Assembly: GCA_964016885.1 (NCBI GenBank)
Contig: OZ024744.1
Location: forward strand, 72,664,001 to 72,728,000
Direction of reading: 5' to 3'
From: Eledone cirrhosa
Taxonomy: Eukaryota
DNA: 64,000 nucleotides
Below, in pieces: positions 1 through 11,822 of this stretch. The stretch's first letter is position 1. Each line of letters begins with the position of its first letter. The notes under the pieces are model-generated. The model worked only from the letters and a program-made list of their open reading frames with translations, made no database searches and was not told where the DNA came from. The position numbers were made by a program, and so were the translations under genes.

Positions 1-174
1 ATTTTTTTTCAATGGAATTAACATATATATATATATATTAGTATTGGTGCTCTGAAATAGCGATGTATACATGAATGTATGTATAGTATATTTGGCAATA
101 TACCGTATGTTTAATTAAAAACATTTTAAAGTAGTGACTGTCACTTACATATTTTCGGCAAAGGTAGGGAGAGA

Positions 175-216
175 GGCTGACAGTCTGTTTCTCACTGTTT
201 GGCGTTTATCAAAACC
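175..216 (-). ncRNA. Minimal type-I hammerhead ribozyme motif (U3-A8 variant), probably from a PLE pLTR
   Basis: Minus strand reads ggtt-TTGATAA-a-cgc-caaaca-gtg-a-GAAA-CAGACTG-TC-agcc. Stem I is ggtt/agcc, stem II is cgc/gtg, stem III is quasi-palindromic, and the cleavage triplet is GUC. Confidence 0.6.
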
Positions 217-288
217 AGGCACTCCCCTGCTTAGCGAATGGTGTTCTAAATGTTTTTAATTAAACATACGGTATATTGCGTAATATAC

Positions 289-329
<41 letters not shown>

Positions 330-498
330 TGTATTTATCATTGTTGTGATATATGTATGGCCACTGCCTTCGGTCGCTTTTCTTGGCGTCACACTTTTTA
401 ATTGTTGTGTTTACTCTAGATGGTATTGTATTAACATGCTGCTCTATTGAGTGCTTTGTGATTGCTTTAAACAACTCGATTAGTACTTAGATTCATAC

Positions 499-545
<47 letters not shown>

Positions 546-589
546 TAGTGCTGCTCCTGAACACTAATTATTTTTTGCCAAGCTCTAAA

Positions 590-2250
590 ATTGGAGTGAC
601 AATAAACTGCACCCAGTAAACTTGGTAAAATGGTAGTATGGTAGTGCTGGTGTGAGGATAAAATGTAACCATTAAACTTTGTAAAGTGGTAGTGCTGGTG
701 TGACGATTAAAATACACCCAGTACACTCTGTAAAGTGGCAGTGTTGGTGGGATGATAATCGGACCCCTGTGCACTCTGTAAAGAGATATTGCACCCATTT
801 CACTTTGAAAAGTGGTAGTGTTGCTGTAACAATAAAATATATCTTTCTTTATTTGCCACAGGGGGGTACAAAAATGGGACATTACAAGACGTGACGGCGG
901 GGGTTTTACATAAAAATCATATAGCTTTAACATTAATAAATAACTATAAACAATATATAGTAAAATAATAATTGAAATCCCCAGTAGTGGGGAACGTTAC
1001 TGAAGGGTTGTTTTACACCCCATGGATAGAACAACCCTCAACACCAGGAACACGTTTGTAGGTGTTCCTGTCTTCCTTCTGTTTATCTTCCTCAACCTAC
1101 AGGTTTATATACAGAGAAGGCCCATTCACTCGGGCCATTTTTGCCCCATTCACCCACCTTTCAGCGAATTTACTGGGGTGTAGCACCTCTCTCTCTACTC
1201 TCACCTTCCTTCTGAAGTGATACTTAAAGAAGGGGTTAAGTTGTTGTCCGGAGAGAAAGGTGTTTGCCCTCAGTCCTTTTAACCTCATCCACCATATTAC
1301 CTCTTTCTCCATAGCCACCAGACAGAGGAAAACCGCCTCTCCTTCGTTCTTAAATGAAGGTGGCGGGGTGATCCTCACGATGGACTCGGCTGATAACTGG
1401 ATGCGTCCCACACGTGACAGCAGCTGTTCGACATAATTCCACAGGTCGGTCACCCCTGGACACTGAACAATTGCATGCAGAACGGTTTCGATGTCCTGCT
1501 CGCATCTTGGACATGTCCTTTTGGCAGGATCTCTGCCAGGTCGTCCTTGCCTGTAGATTTTGTCTCAAACTGGTAGAGCTCCTCGGTAGCACTGCCAGGC
1601 CAGAGACTTCTGGAAGTTATCCATAGGCTCTGGACGGAAAGTCCTCCTGAACAGACTGCTCAGTTCATCCTCCTCAATGCCTAGAGTTTCCCCAAGAATG
1701 TCGTCGCACTTATCCTCCACTAATCCCCTATAGAATGTCTAAGTGGAGTCTCCGCTGATTGCTGTTTCCGCTTGGTAGAGGGCTGTGAGCGCCTGTAGGC
1801 ACTCGAGGTAAAATATAAGCAGTACACTTTGTAAAGTACTGGTGTAAAGTGGTAGCATTGGTGCTATGACAATAAACATCCATGATAAAAAGCATCCAGT
1901 ACACTCTGTAAAGTAGTAGTGCTGGTGTCATGATAGAATGTACCCAGTTTACTCTGTAGCATAGTAGTCCGGTGTCATGATAGAATATACCCAGTCCACT
2001 CTGTAGCATAGTAGTCCGGTGTCATGATAGAATATACCCAGTCCACTCTGTAAAGTGGTAGCACTGATATTTTGATAAAATGCATTAAATGCACATTGCA
2101 AAATAGTTGGCATTAGAGAAGGCATCCAGTTGCAGAAATCATACTGAAATGAAAGCATATGAGCAAGATGTAATTTTCTGACTTGCCTAAACTCAAACCA
2201 TGTCAACCCATCCAGCCCAGAAAACAAATGTAAAATAGTAAAGATGACGA
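590..2250 (+). repeat. Degenerate array of the ~45-bp RTE-3'UTR/SINE module ending in an RTE-type tail, interrupted by an L1/Tx1 insertion
   Basis: Repeated 'cacccagtacactctgtaaagtggtagtgctggtgtca..ataaaat' units at 590-840 and 1818-2100, then 'gaaggcatccagttgcagaaa...aacccatccagc...gatgacgatgatg'. Confidence 0.65.
842..1808 (-). mobile_element. 5'-truncated L1/Tx1-clade LINE (ORF2 C-terminus and 3'UTR) with 9-bp TSD
   Basis: Minus strand encodes CPRCEQDIETVLHAIVQCPGVTDLWNYVEQLL (CX2C-X8-H-X4-C knuckle typical of L1/Tx1 ORF2). It ends with AATAAA. TAAAATATA is duplicated at 833-841 and 1809-1817. Confidence 0.8.
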
Positions 2251-3519
2251 TGATGTATAATGTTTTGAATAACACAATGCCTTGAACATAAAAGAATCAT
2301 AATTATAATACCTTACTCTCACAGGTATTCTTTACTTGCAAACCTCAAATATTCTTCTAATAGTTTAGAACTTTCTATTCACCAAGATATTGTTGTTTAG
2401 CATACTTAAGATCAAAGGAAAGGTTCCAACTGCATCAAAGCCATGTTTTTTTTTTTTCTTTATTTGCTTTACAAATTTAGTGTATCCAATATAACCTTCC
2501 ATTTTAAACTCTTTTGATACCAAAACAACATAAAAACACTTCAAGTTCTACAATTCAAAATTGTTTTTAAGTGCTTATATTTTTTTAAACAACCCTTCCA
2601 GCATGTTTCTTTTTTGAAAATTATTTTTGTTCGAACCATTTCTTTCATTAGGAATATGTGAACGAAAGGGTTGAGACAGAAAGGTGTGATTTGAGTGAGA
2701 ATTTGCTGCTATGAGCAACCACGTAGAGGCTCTGTCAGTGGTTGGTTCACCAAGGTATTTTTCCTCATTTGGTGGTTATGAAATAATCAAATGCAGGCTG
2801 GGTGGCTGGATCTATACAACAGTTATTTTCTAAAACTATTTAATGTTGATAATAGTGTGTATGAGAGAGAGAGATAGAGAGATAAAGAGAGAGAGATAGA
2901 GAGAGAGAGAGGTGGGGTGGGGTAGAACACAGAAAGAAAAAAAAAGGTAAAATTTAGACTTGAGTCTTGGTTTTTCTTTCTTTGAAAATTTGCTGTTTCA
3001 GAACCTTTTTCATTTTGATTTTATAACATTTTTCTTTCTTTCAAGCAATTTTTGGAATTTTTACTAAAGTGAACCAGATTGAATGGATATTATAAAAGTC
3101 ACAAACTACTATTCTCTCTCACTCTACACACACACATACATACATATATTTCTTCAGCCACTTGAAAAATTTTCTTGGCAATTTCTTATTTCTTTGAATG
3201 TCACGCCACACATTTTCGTTGTAACATCATCTTTGGGTGTTTCCTGTTATAAACGCTACTTATATATCATAAGCATTAACATTTTGCATTCAGAAGTTTG
3301 GTACTTTTTCTTTCATTATTTATTTATTTATTTATTTATTTGTTTATTTATCTTAGCATGAAGTTTTAATTTCATTGTTAAAATCTGTAGAAAAATAATT
3401 CATCAAAAATAAGTGTGTATGTGAGTGTATATATATATGATGTATATATATATATATATATATGATGTATATATATATATATATATATGATGTATATATA
3501 TATGATGTATATATATATA

Positions 3520-4098
3520 TTTATATATAAAGTTGTAGTTCCTGTCTGTTTGTTTGTTCACGAACTCCTCCTATGGTTTTGGAGATAGACCGCCGTAACA
3601 AGATATATTCTGAAACTACATTGCCCAGGGTACTTGGATAAGTATATTTCATTTTTATCAAAGGGTTCCCCGGGGCCGCAAAGCGCCGCTGAACATTTTT
3701 TCCCTTCAATTTATATGAAATTTAAACCATAAGTAAATGACAAGATATGATGCCTATTCATAAACTTTCAGCAAATTTCAATAATAGTAAGACACCCTAA
3801 TGAGGGTTAAACCCCCATGTTTTGGAAGCCCATAACTTGAGTATTGGAACCTCTATTATCACGGGGTTTTTCTATTAATTAAACGTAAATCAACAAAAAA
3901 ACACCTCTCTTTTCTAGTAAAATTTGACATCAACTTCGAAATCCTTAACCACTGTGAGTGTTTTAGCAAAATTGATAGCTCTAAGAAGAAGTGGTAAAGT
4001 GATGGATGAGTAGTAATTATTGATGTCGAATTTGATAAAACGGCAATGCTCCTTGTTGCATATGCTGTTGAACCAATCAATCAAAATTTCAGGTATAA
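3520..4098 (+). mobile_element. Probable Helitron/DINE-like non-autonomous 5' fragment
   Basis: Begins 'tatataaagttgtagttcctgtctgtttgtttgttcacgaactcctcc', resembling the Helitron 5' ends at 6349 and 9221. No 3' CTAG/hairpin seen. Confidence 0.4.
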
Positions 4099-4731
4099 AG
4101 AAACAAAGCCTGCATGCTCCGATGGATGTGTAATAGTAATATACGCGAATGACAAAGCATGAATGAGTTGAGAGACTGAGCATAAGAGGAATCAAATGCT
4201 GTGTGCAGGAGAGGCGGTTGCGTTGGTAGGGACATGTGATGCGTATGAAGGATGACAGCTGCATAAGAGGGTGCAGAGCACTAGAAGTCAATGGAAACTG
4301 CGGAGTGGGGAGACCCAAGAAGACCTGGGATGTGGTGATAAAAGCCGACCTTGCCCAATTACACCTCTGGCGTCACACAGTAATACAGAGTACCCGACCT
4401 CCCATGGGTACAAGCTGAAGCATATAAACAATATGCCCCCACACCCTCCCACTGCAAGGTGGTCGTGGAGGTGCCACGGCAAAAAAGCACCCAGCCCACA
4501 CTGTAAAGTGGATGTGTAGGCGCCACGGAAAAAGCACCCAGCACTCACTGTAAATGAGGTTGGTGTTAGGAAGGGCATCCAGCTGTAGAAATCAAGCCAA
4601 AATCAGTTCCTGTATGAGCAAGGCATGGTCAGCCGACCAGACACTGCCCACAACAGGACAACCCGCCCGTCTAACCCATACTAGCGTGGAAGAACGGACG
4701 TAAAACGGTGATGATGATGGTGATGATGATG
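4099..4731 (+). mobile_element. RTE LINE family A, 3' fragment
   Basis: Encodes MRMKDDSCIRGCRALEVNGNCGVGRPKKTW, followed by a 3'UTR and (GAT)n tail. Near-identical to the reverse complement of 11823-12480. Confidence 0.9.
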
Positions 4732-4734
4732 AAT

Positions 4735-5258
4735 TATATCTAAAATCCTTTTACTAAGTCTACCTAAATCGGTCTTCGTAGGGTTAATAAACCGAATTCC
4801 GTCTGATCCAGGATGTTGAGATCAGAGGTGATTTTAAACCAGCATCGTTGATTTCATTAATGACGCTCCGGTTAGTTTTACGCTAATTCTTAGTAACAGC
4901 ATTATGTAGCAGTTGATGGTAAGCACTACGCTCCACTTGATATAGGTTGCCAGTTTTGTCGGAATGGACGTGTACGGCATTAGAATCCTTAATAGAACAA
5001 ATTCTATTCTTCAAGTCCTGCTTGAAGGAATTGCTCCTATTCCGAAATTTGATACTCCGTATGAGATCCAAGACATCATTTTCGAAGGGTAGCAATGCTG
5101 GGTTACTCGGAGGGTTATTGTAGGTTTTAAACCCAAATTTATCATGTTTGTTGTCTGCTTTTCCCTGATTATCGAAATAAAAGGCACGCCAACGCAACCT
5201 TTTAATGAACGCGTCTGTTTTCTGTATCAGGAGTTTTAGGTATGTTTTCCTGCTTATC
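4735..5258 (-). mobile_element. Penelope-like element ORF, N-terminal fragment
   Basis: ORF 4883-5260 encodes FIKRLRWRAFYF...FGFKT...FENDVLDLIRSIKF...SDKTGNLY, the PLE N-terminal region with a DKT/DKG-type motif. It has an in-frame stop and is truncated by (TA)n. Confidence 0.75.
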
Positions 5259-5489
5259 AAATATATATATCATATATATATATATCATATATATATATGA
5301 TATATATATATATATATAAATATGATATATATATATATATGATATATATATATATATATGATATATATATATGATATATATATATATATATGATATTTAT
5401 ATATATATATGATATTTATATATATATATATGATATTTATATATATATATATGATATTTATATATATATATATATGATATTTATATAGT

Positions 5490-5837
5490 GGAGGCATATG
5501 GCTTAGTGGTTAGAGCATTGGCCTTGCAATCGAAAGGTTGTGAGTTCAATTCTCAGACCGGGTGATGTGTTGTTTCCTTGAGCAAGACACTTTATTTCAC
5601 ATTGCTCCAGTTTACTCAGCTGTAGAAATGAGATGATAGGGGCAGGGGTCCCTATCATTCCACTGCTAAGTGGTCGTGGAGGTGCCACGGCAAAAAAGCA
5701 CCCAGCACTCACTGTAAATGAGGTTGGTGTTAGGAAGGGCATCCAGCTGTAGAAATCAAGCCAGAACCAGTTTCCGTCCCACCCTTGCAAGCAGGGAAAA
5801 GCTGACGTAAAATGATGATGATGATGATGATGATGAT
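5490..5837 (+). mobile_element. tRNA-derived SINE: Meta/V-like central domain plus RTE-derived tail
   Basis: A box TGGCTTAGTGG, B box GAGTTCAATTC, central 'ccttgagcaagacactttatttcacattgctccag', RTE 3'UTR sequence and (GAT)n tail. Confidence 0.85.
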
Positions 5838-6053
5838 ATATATATATATGATATTTATATATATATATATATGATATTTATATATATATATATATGATAT
5901 TTATATATATATATGATCTATATATATATGATATTTATATATATATATATGATATATGATATATATATTATATATATATATGATATATTTTATATATATA
6001 TATTATTATATATATATATATTATATATATATTATATATATATATATTATATA

Positions 6054-6238
6054 TAATTGTTTCTACTTTTGGCACAAGGCCAGAAATTACCCAGTGCATT
6101 ACTGGTACTTTATTTTATCGACCCCGTAAGGATAAAAGACAAAGTTAACCTCGGCGGGATTTGAACTGAGAATGGCCATAACTCTATGCGTCAAAGTATG
6201 GCGTCTGACCCTCTACCAATACTACCAATCCACCGCCC
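6054..6238 (-). mobile_element. tRNA-derived SINE with Nin-like domain. Other copies or fragments at about 7843, 17244, 32190, 32353, 35408, 35690, 45262, 47497, 49055 and 50440
   Basis: Minus strand 'gttcaaatcccgccgaggttaactttg.ctttcatccttacggggtcgataaaataaagtaccag...ggccttgtgccaaaagtagaaacaatt' recurs many times in the window. Confidence 0.8.
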
Positions 6239-6348
6239 TATATATTATATATAGATGATTTATATATATTATATAATATATATATATATTATATATATAT
6301 AATATATATATAATATATATATATCATATATGATATATATATATATCA

Positions 6349-7387
6349 TCTATATATATAAAACTGAGGTTGTCTGTCTATCGATTTTTGGCACACATCT
6401 CCTCTTAGAATCTCTCACGGAATTGCACCGAAATTACTATACTTGTACATTGAGCCCTAGCGAAGACATCGGAAAAAAAATATTTCAAATTGACCCGCCC
6501 TATCTGACGAAATCGAATATAATGTATCGATTTTTGAGCGTAAGTGATCAGTTATTTCCCTTTGTTCTGTTTACATTCAGCGTAGCGTCTTACGTTCTGT
6601 TTACATTTTCTGCGTGCAAAAATTAAAAAAATTACGCTGGCAAAAATTAAAAAAATTACGCTGGCTTTCTCAGCGTTTAAAATGACTTTGACCTGCAAAA
6701 TTCATCAGTTCGAACACTAAGCTTCCGTTTTGCTTCATTTCCATCTAAAAGCCTTTTAAAACAATATTTTTACTTGAAAACAAGTCTATTTAAAGACTAC
6801 GTAAAACAAGCAAATATTTCGTAAAAAAAAGCAAAAATTATATAAGTTTATTTAAAATATATGTATCTGTAAATTTCGTTAGGCGTGCAGACAGACAGTC
6901 GTGCAGAGAGGTGATATAGGCATGCAGACAGACAGTCGTGCAGAGAGGTGATATAGGCGTGCAGACAGACAGTCGTGCAGAGAGGTGATATAGGCGTGCA
7001 GACAGACAGTCGAGCAGAGAGGTGATATAGGCGTGCAGACAGACAGTCGTGCAGAGAGGTGATATAGGCGTGCAGACAGACATAACTGATAATTTGGTTA
7101 CGCTAATGTTTTTCTCTGCGTTGCAGTGTTTACATTTTCGATCTTTGTTAATAAATAACCAGTGCAGTTTCTATCCCCAGCAACCTCTTTTGTTATAACA
7201 TTCGGGTTATCGTTATGTTTTCTTAACTTCATAAGGCATATTGTTGGTTGAGGGAATATTAATCAAAAACACCACATGCAAGTCTGCACAGTAGACACTA
7301 CAGTTTTTAAGCCAAAAAAGAAACTTAACATTGTAACTTTAACACAGCTACTGAGCGACCCCGAGCAACGCCGGGCTTTACTGCTAG
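6349..7387 (+). mobile_element. Non-autonomous Helitron
   Basis: 5' end A|TCTATATATATAAAACTGAGG. 3' end has the hairpin cccgagcaacgccggg followed by CTAG|T. No TSD. Confidence 0.85.
6881..7082. repeat. 37-bp minisatellite (~5.5 copies) inside the Helitron
   Basis: Unit aggcgtgcagacagacagtcgtgcagagaggtgatat. Confidence 0.95.
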
Positions 7388-7812
7388 TATATATATATAT
7401 ATATCATATATATATATATATAATACATATATATAATATATCATATATATATAATATATATGATATATATAATATATATATATCATATATATATATATAT
7501 AATACATATATATATCATATATATATAATATATATGATATATATAATATATATATATCATATATATATAATATATATATATCATATATATATATAATAGG
7601 TAGATATATCATAGATATATATATCGTATATATATATAATATATATATATCGTATATATCGTATATATATATAATATATATATATGATATATATATATTA
7701 TAGGATATATATATATGTTATATATATATCGTATATATAATATATATATATATATATATGATATATATATATATTATATGATATATATATATGATATATA
7801 TATATCATATAT

Positions 7813-7844
<32 letters not shown>

Positions 7845-8015
7845 ACTTTGCCTTTCATCCTTACGGGGTCGATAAAATAACGCACCAATAATACACTGGG
7901 ATAATTGCTGGCCTTATGCTAAAAGTAGAAACAATTATATATATATATATGATATATAATATATATATTATATATATATATATATAATATATATATTATA
8001 TATATATATGATCAT

Positions 8016-8268
8016 CGTAGGGTTAATAAGCCGAATAGAGGGGTTGTTCGGAAAATTGGATTTGTGATCCTTCAGGGTAAAGTGGGGAGAAATAGGGTCC
8101 AGAGGTTCTGTCCGGTCCAGGATGTTGAGATCAGAGGTGATTTTAAACCCAGCATCGTTGATTTCATTAATGACGCTCCGGTTAGTTTTACGCTAATTCT
8201 TAGTAACAGCATTATGTAGCAGTTGATGGTAAGTACTGCACTCTACTTGATATAGATTGCCAGTTTTG
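8016..8268 (-). mobile_element. Second fragment of the same PLE region as 4776-4960
   Basis: Shares 'ccaggatgttgagatcagaggtgattttaaacc...gccagttttgt' with 4808-4960 and is bounded by (TA)n on both sides. Confidence 0.75.
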
Positions 8269-8300
8269 TATGATATATAAATATATATATATTATTTATA

Positions 8301-9221
8301 CTAGCAGTGGTACCTGGCGTTGCACGGGATAAGGTATTTTGGAATGCGGGCCACCAACAGACCTAATCATGGAAAAACTGCATGCATGGACAATATGTAA
8401 AAAAGATAATAAACCGAATACTCCTATGGCTGGATAATCTTTAAGATTCTTTCTCGATGAAGCAGGAAAAATGCAGTTTTTCACCTAATGTGGGCCCTAG
8501 TGGATCAAGAAAATGAATTTTTTTTATGTGCATAATATGCCTTGAAATTTCGGGAAAATCGGGTAGACATAACACCTCAAAAAAGCCCTAAAAACCTGAA
8601 AAAAAAAATGAAGTTTTTCACCTAATGCGGGCCCTAGGCCATAAAAAAGTTGGATTTTCTTTGCTCACAGTATGAAGAGGAGACTGGCTAATACATAGTA
8701 ACAGTTTCAAAGAAATCAGTCTACTGTAACAACTCAAAAAACCCCTAAAAACCTGAAAAAATGCAGTTTTTCAAATAGGGTATCAACAAGTTGAATTTTT
8801 TTTATGTGCATAACACTCCCTGAAATAAAATTAATACACATGTAAAGTTTGAAAAAATCGGTTGGGTACTTCTCAAGTTTTAGGGATTCAAACTGACACA
8901 CACACACACAGACAGACATCCTCAGGGAAGTGACGTAATGCAGACAGTCAGACATACAGACAGATATTATAAGGGCGCGACCTTATATGTATGTATCTAT
9001 CTTAAAAGAGAAAGACTAAGAATTATAGAGAGAGATCGCTAAATCGCCTAATGCGGTCCCTGGGGAATTGAAAATTTGAAATTTCTGTCGCTCAGAACAC
9101 TCCCTGAAACATAAGTATTACATGTGTAAAGTTTGAAATCAGTCGGTTGGGTGGTTCTTGAGTTTTAGGGATTCAAACTCACACACACACAGACAGACAT
9201 CCTCAGTTTTATATATATAGA
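8301..9221 (-). mobile_element. Non-autonomous Helitron
   Basis: Minus strand starts TCTATATATATAAAACTGAGGATGTCTGTCTG and ends cccgtgcaacgccagg-taccactg-CTAG|T. Confidence 0.85.
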
Positions 9222-9226
9222 TGATG

Positions 9227-9268
<42 letters not shown>

Positions 9269-9333
9269 GATATATAAATATATATATATATTATATAAAT
9301 ATATGATATATATGTTATATATATATATTATAT

Positions 9334-11046
9334 AGAGCGAATTGATCTAGATGAAATGCAGTTCGGGTTTGTGTCAGGAAAAAGTACCACAGACGCTCTT
9401 TTCATTGTACGACAACTACAGGAGAAGTACCTAGCTAAAAGTAAACCCCTATACTTAGCTTTCGTCGACTTGGAGAAGGCCTTCGACAGAGTCCCCCGTT
9501 CCATTATCTGGTGGGCTCTTAGAAAACTGGGTGTTGATGAATGGCTTGTGAGAGCTATACAAGCCATGTATAAAGAAACAGTTAGCAAGGTTAGAATTAA
9601 CAACGAATATAGTGAAGAGTTTAGTGTAAAAGTTGGTGTTCATCAGGGCTCTGTTCTTAGCCCCCTACTATTTATTATTGCCCTCCAGGCTATAACAGTG
9701 GAGTTCAAGACCGGCTGCCCATGGGAACTCCTATACGCAGATGATCTAACGCTCATAGCTGAATCAATGGCCGAGCTAGAGAAGAAATTCCAAACATGGA
9801 AGCACGGTCTAGAATCAAAAGGCCTTAAAATTAACCTAGCTAAGACTAAAGTTCTAGTTTGTAAGAAAGAAAATAAGGCAGCGCTCCCCTCCGGGAAGTG
9901 GCCATGCGCAGAGTGTAGGAAAGGCGTAGGTAGAAATTCCATTTTGTGTCCCAAATGCAAAGTTTGGGTGCATAAAAGATGTAGTGGGATCACAGGTAAG
10001 CTAACTAAGAACATAGATTTTACATGTGGCCGGTGTTCTGGGGATATAAGTAGCAGCAAGTGCCCACAAAATACTAGCTCTTTCAACTGCGCAGAGGGTT
10101 CTATAGAAATAGTTGACAGCTTCCGTTACCTGGGTGACAAAATCAGCAGTGGGGGAGGGTGCTCTGAAAGTACAGTAGCTAGTCAGAACTGGGTGGAAAA
10201 AGTTCAGAGAGCTTATACCACTATTAGCCGCTAAAGGGTTCTCCCTAAAAATGAAAGGCAGGCTGTACGATGCCTGCATACGAACAGCAATGTTGCATGG
10301 CAGTGAGACCTGGGCATTGTGTGCAGAGGATATACGTAGACTAGAGAGAAACGAAGCTTGCATGCTCCGCTGGATGTGTAATAGTAATATACGTGAACGA
10401 CAAAGCATAAACGAACTAAGGAAAAAATTAGAAATAAGAGGGATCAGATGTTGTTTACTAGAGAGAAGGCTACATTGGTATGGTCACGTGACGCGCATGA
10501 AGGATGATAGCTGTATAACAAAGTGCAGGGCAATAAAGATAGACGGTAGCCACGGAATAGGCAGACCCAGAAAAACCTGGGACGAGCTGATAAACTCCGA
10601 CCTCACACACTTACACCTCACCAAGACAATGTCACTGGACCGAGACCTTTGGCAGTACTCAGTAATAGAGAAGACCCGCCTTGCCAGTAGGCATCTCTAA
10701 CAAAATACACCCCGTCCCACCACCACCACCCCCACCGCATCCACACCACCCCGTTCTATGTAAAGTTATGTTGGTGCCGCGCCATCCAGGCCGAAACAAA
10801 TGAGATCGTGTAGGTGTCACGACAAAAAACACACAGTCCACGCTGTAATGTGGCCGTGTAGGCAACACGGTAAAAACCTCCCAGACCCACGCTGTAAATG
10901 TGGTTGGTGTTAGGAAGGGCATCCAACTGTAGAAAACCTGCCAGACAGTCCTATGCGAGCAAGAAAATCACTCTTGCCTCAAGTGGGACTACGCCCGTCC
11001 AAACCCATGCAAGCGTGGAACACGGACGTTAAACGTTGATGATGAT
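9334..11046 (+). mobile_element. RTE LINE family B, 5'-truncated RT with one frameshift
   Basis: QFGF...FVDLEKAFDRV...GVHQGSVLSPLLF...LLYADDL...FRYLG, then MLHGSETW and GRPRKTW in the next frame. Has a 3'UTR and (GAT)n tail. Confidence 0.95.
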
Positions 11047-11088
11047 ATATATGATATATGTTATATATATATATTATATATATATATA

Positions 11089-11133
<45 letters not shown>

Positions 11134-11135
11134 AT

Positions 11136-11167
<32 letters not shown>

Positions 11168-11613
11168 ATTATATGTATATTATATATATATATATATATT
11201 ATATATATATATAATATATATATGTATATTATATATATATATATATTATATATATATATAATATATATATGTATATTATATATATATATATATATTATAT
11301 ATATATATAATATATATATGTATATTATATATATATATATATTATATATATATATAATATATATATGTATATTATATATATATATATTATATATATATAT
11401 AATATATATATGTATATTATATATATATATATATTATATATATATATAATATATATATGTATATTATATATATATATATATATTATATATGTATATTATA
11501 TATATATATTATATATTATATATGTATATTATATATGTATATTATATATATATATGTATATTATATATATATGTATATTATATATATATATTATATATAT
11601 TATATATATATAT

Positions 11614-11645
<32 letters not shown>

Positions 11646-11749
11646 AATATATATATTATATATATTATATATATATAATATATATAATATATATATTATA
11701 TATATATAATATATATATATATATATTATATATATATATATTATATATA

Positions 11750-11814
<65 letters not shown>

Positions 11815-11822
11815 ATATATTA
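11047..11822. repeat. (TA)n/(TAT)n microsatellite tract
   Basis: Almost pure A/T alternating sequence. Confidence 0.95.

Noticed and set aside
993-1808. Apparent identical boundaries of the two L1/Tx1 copies, suggesting a fixed-length derivative
   Set aside because: The first copy extends further 3' (to 842, with a TSD) and the second probably extends further 5'. The shared interval is only their overlap.
5490-5562. tRNA gene
   Set aside because: A and B boxes are present but there is no proper acceptor stem, and the sequence continues into a SINE body found in several copies.
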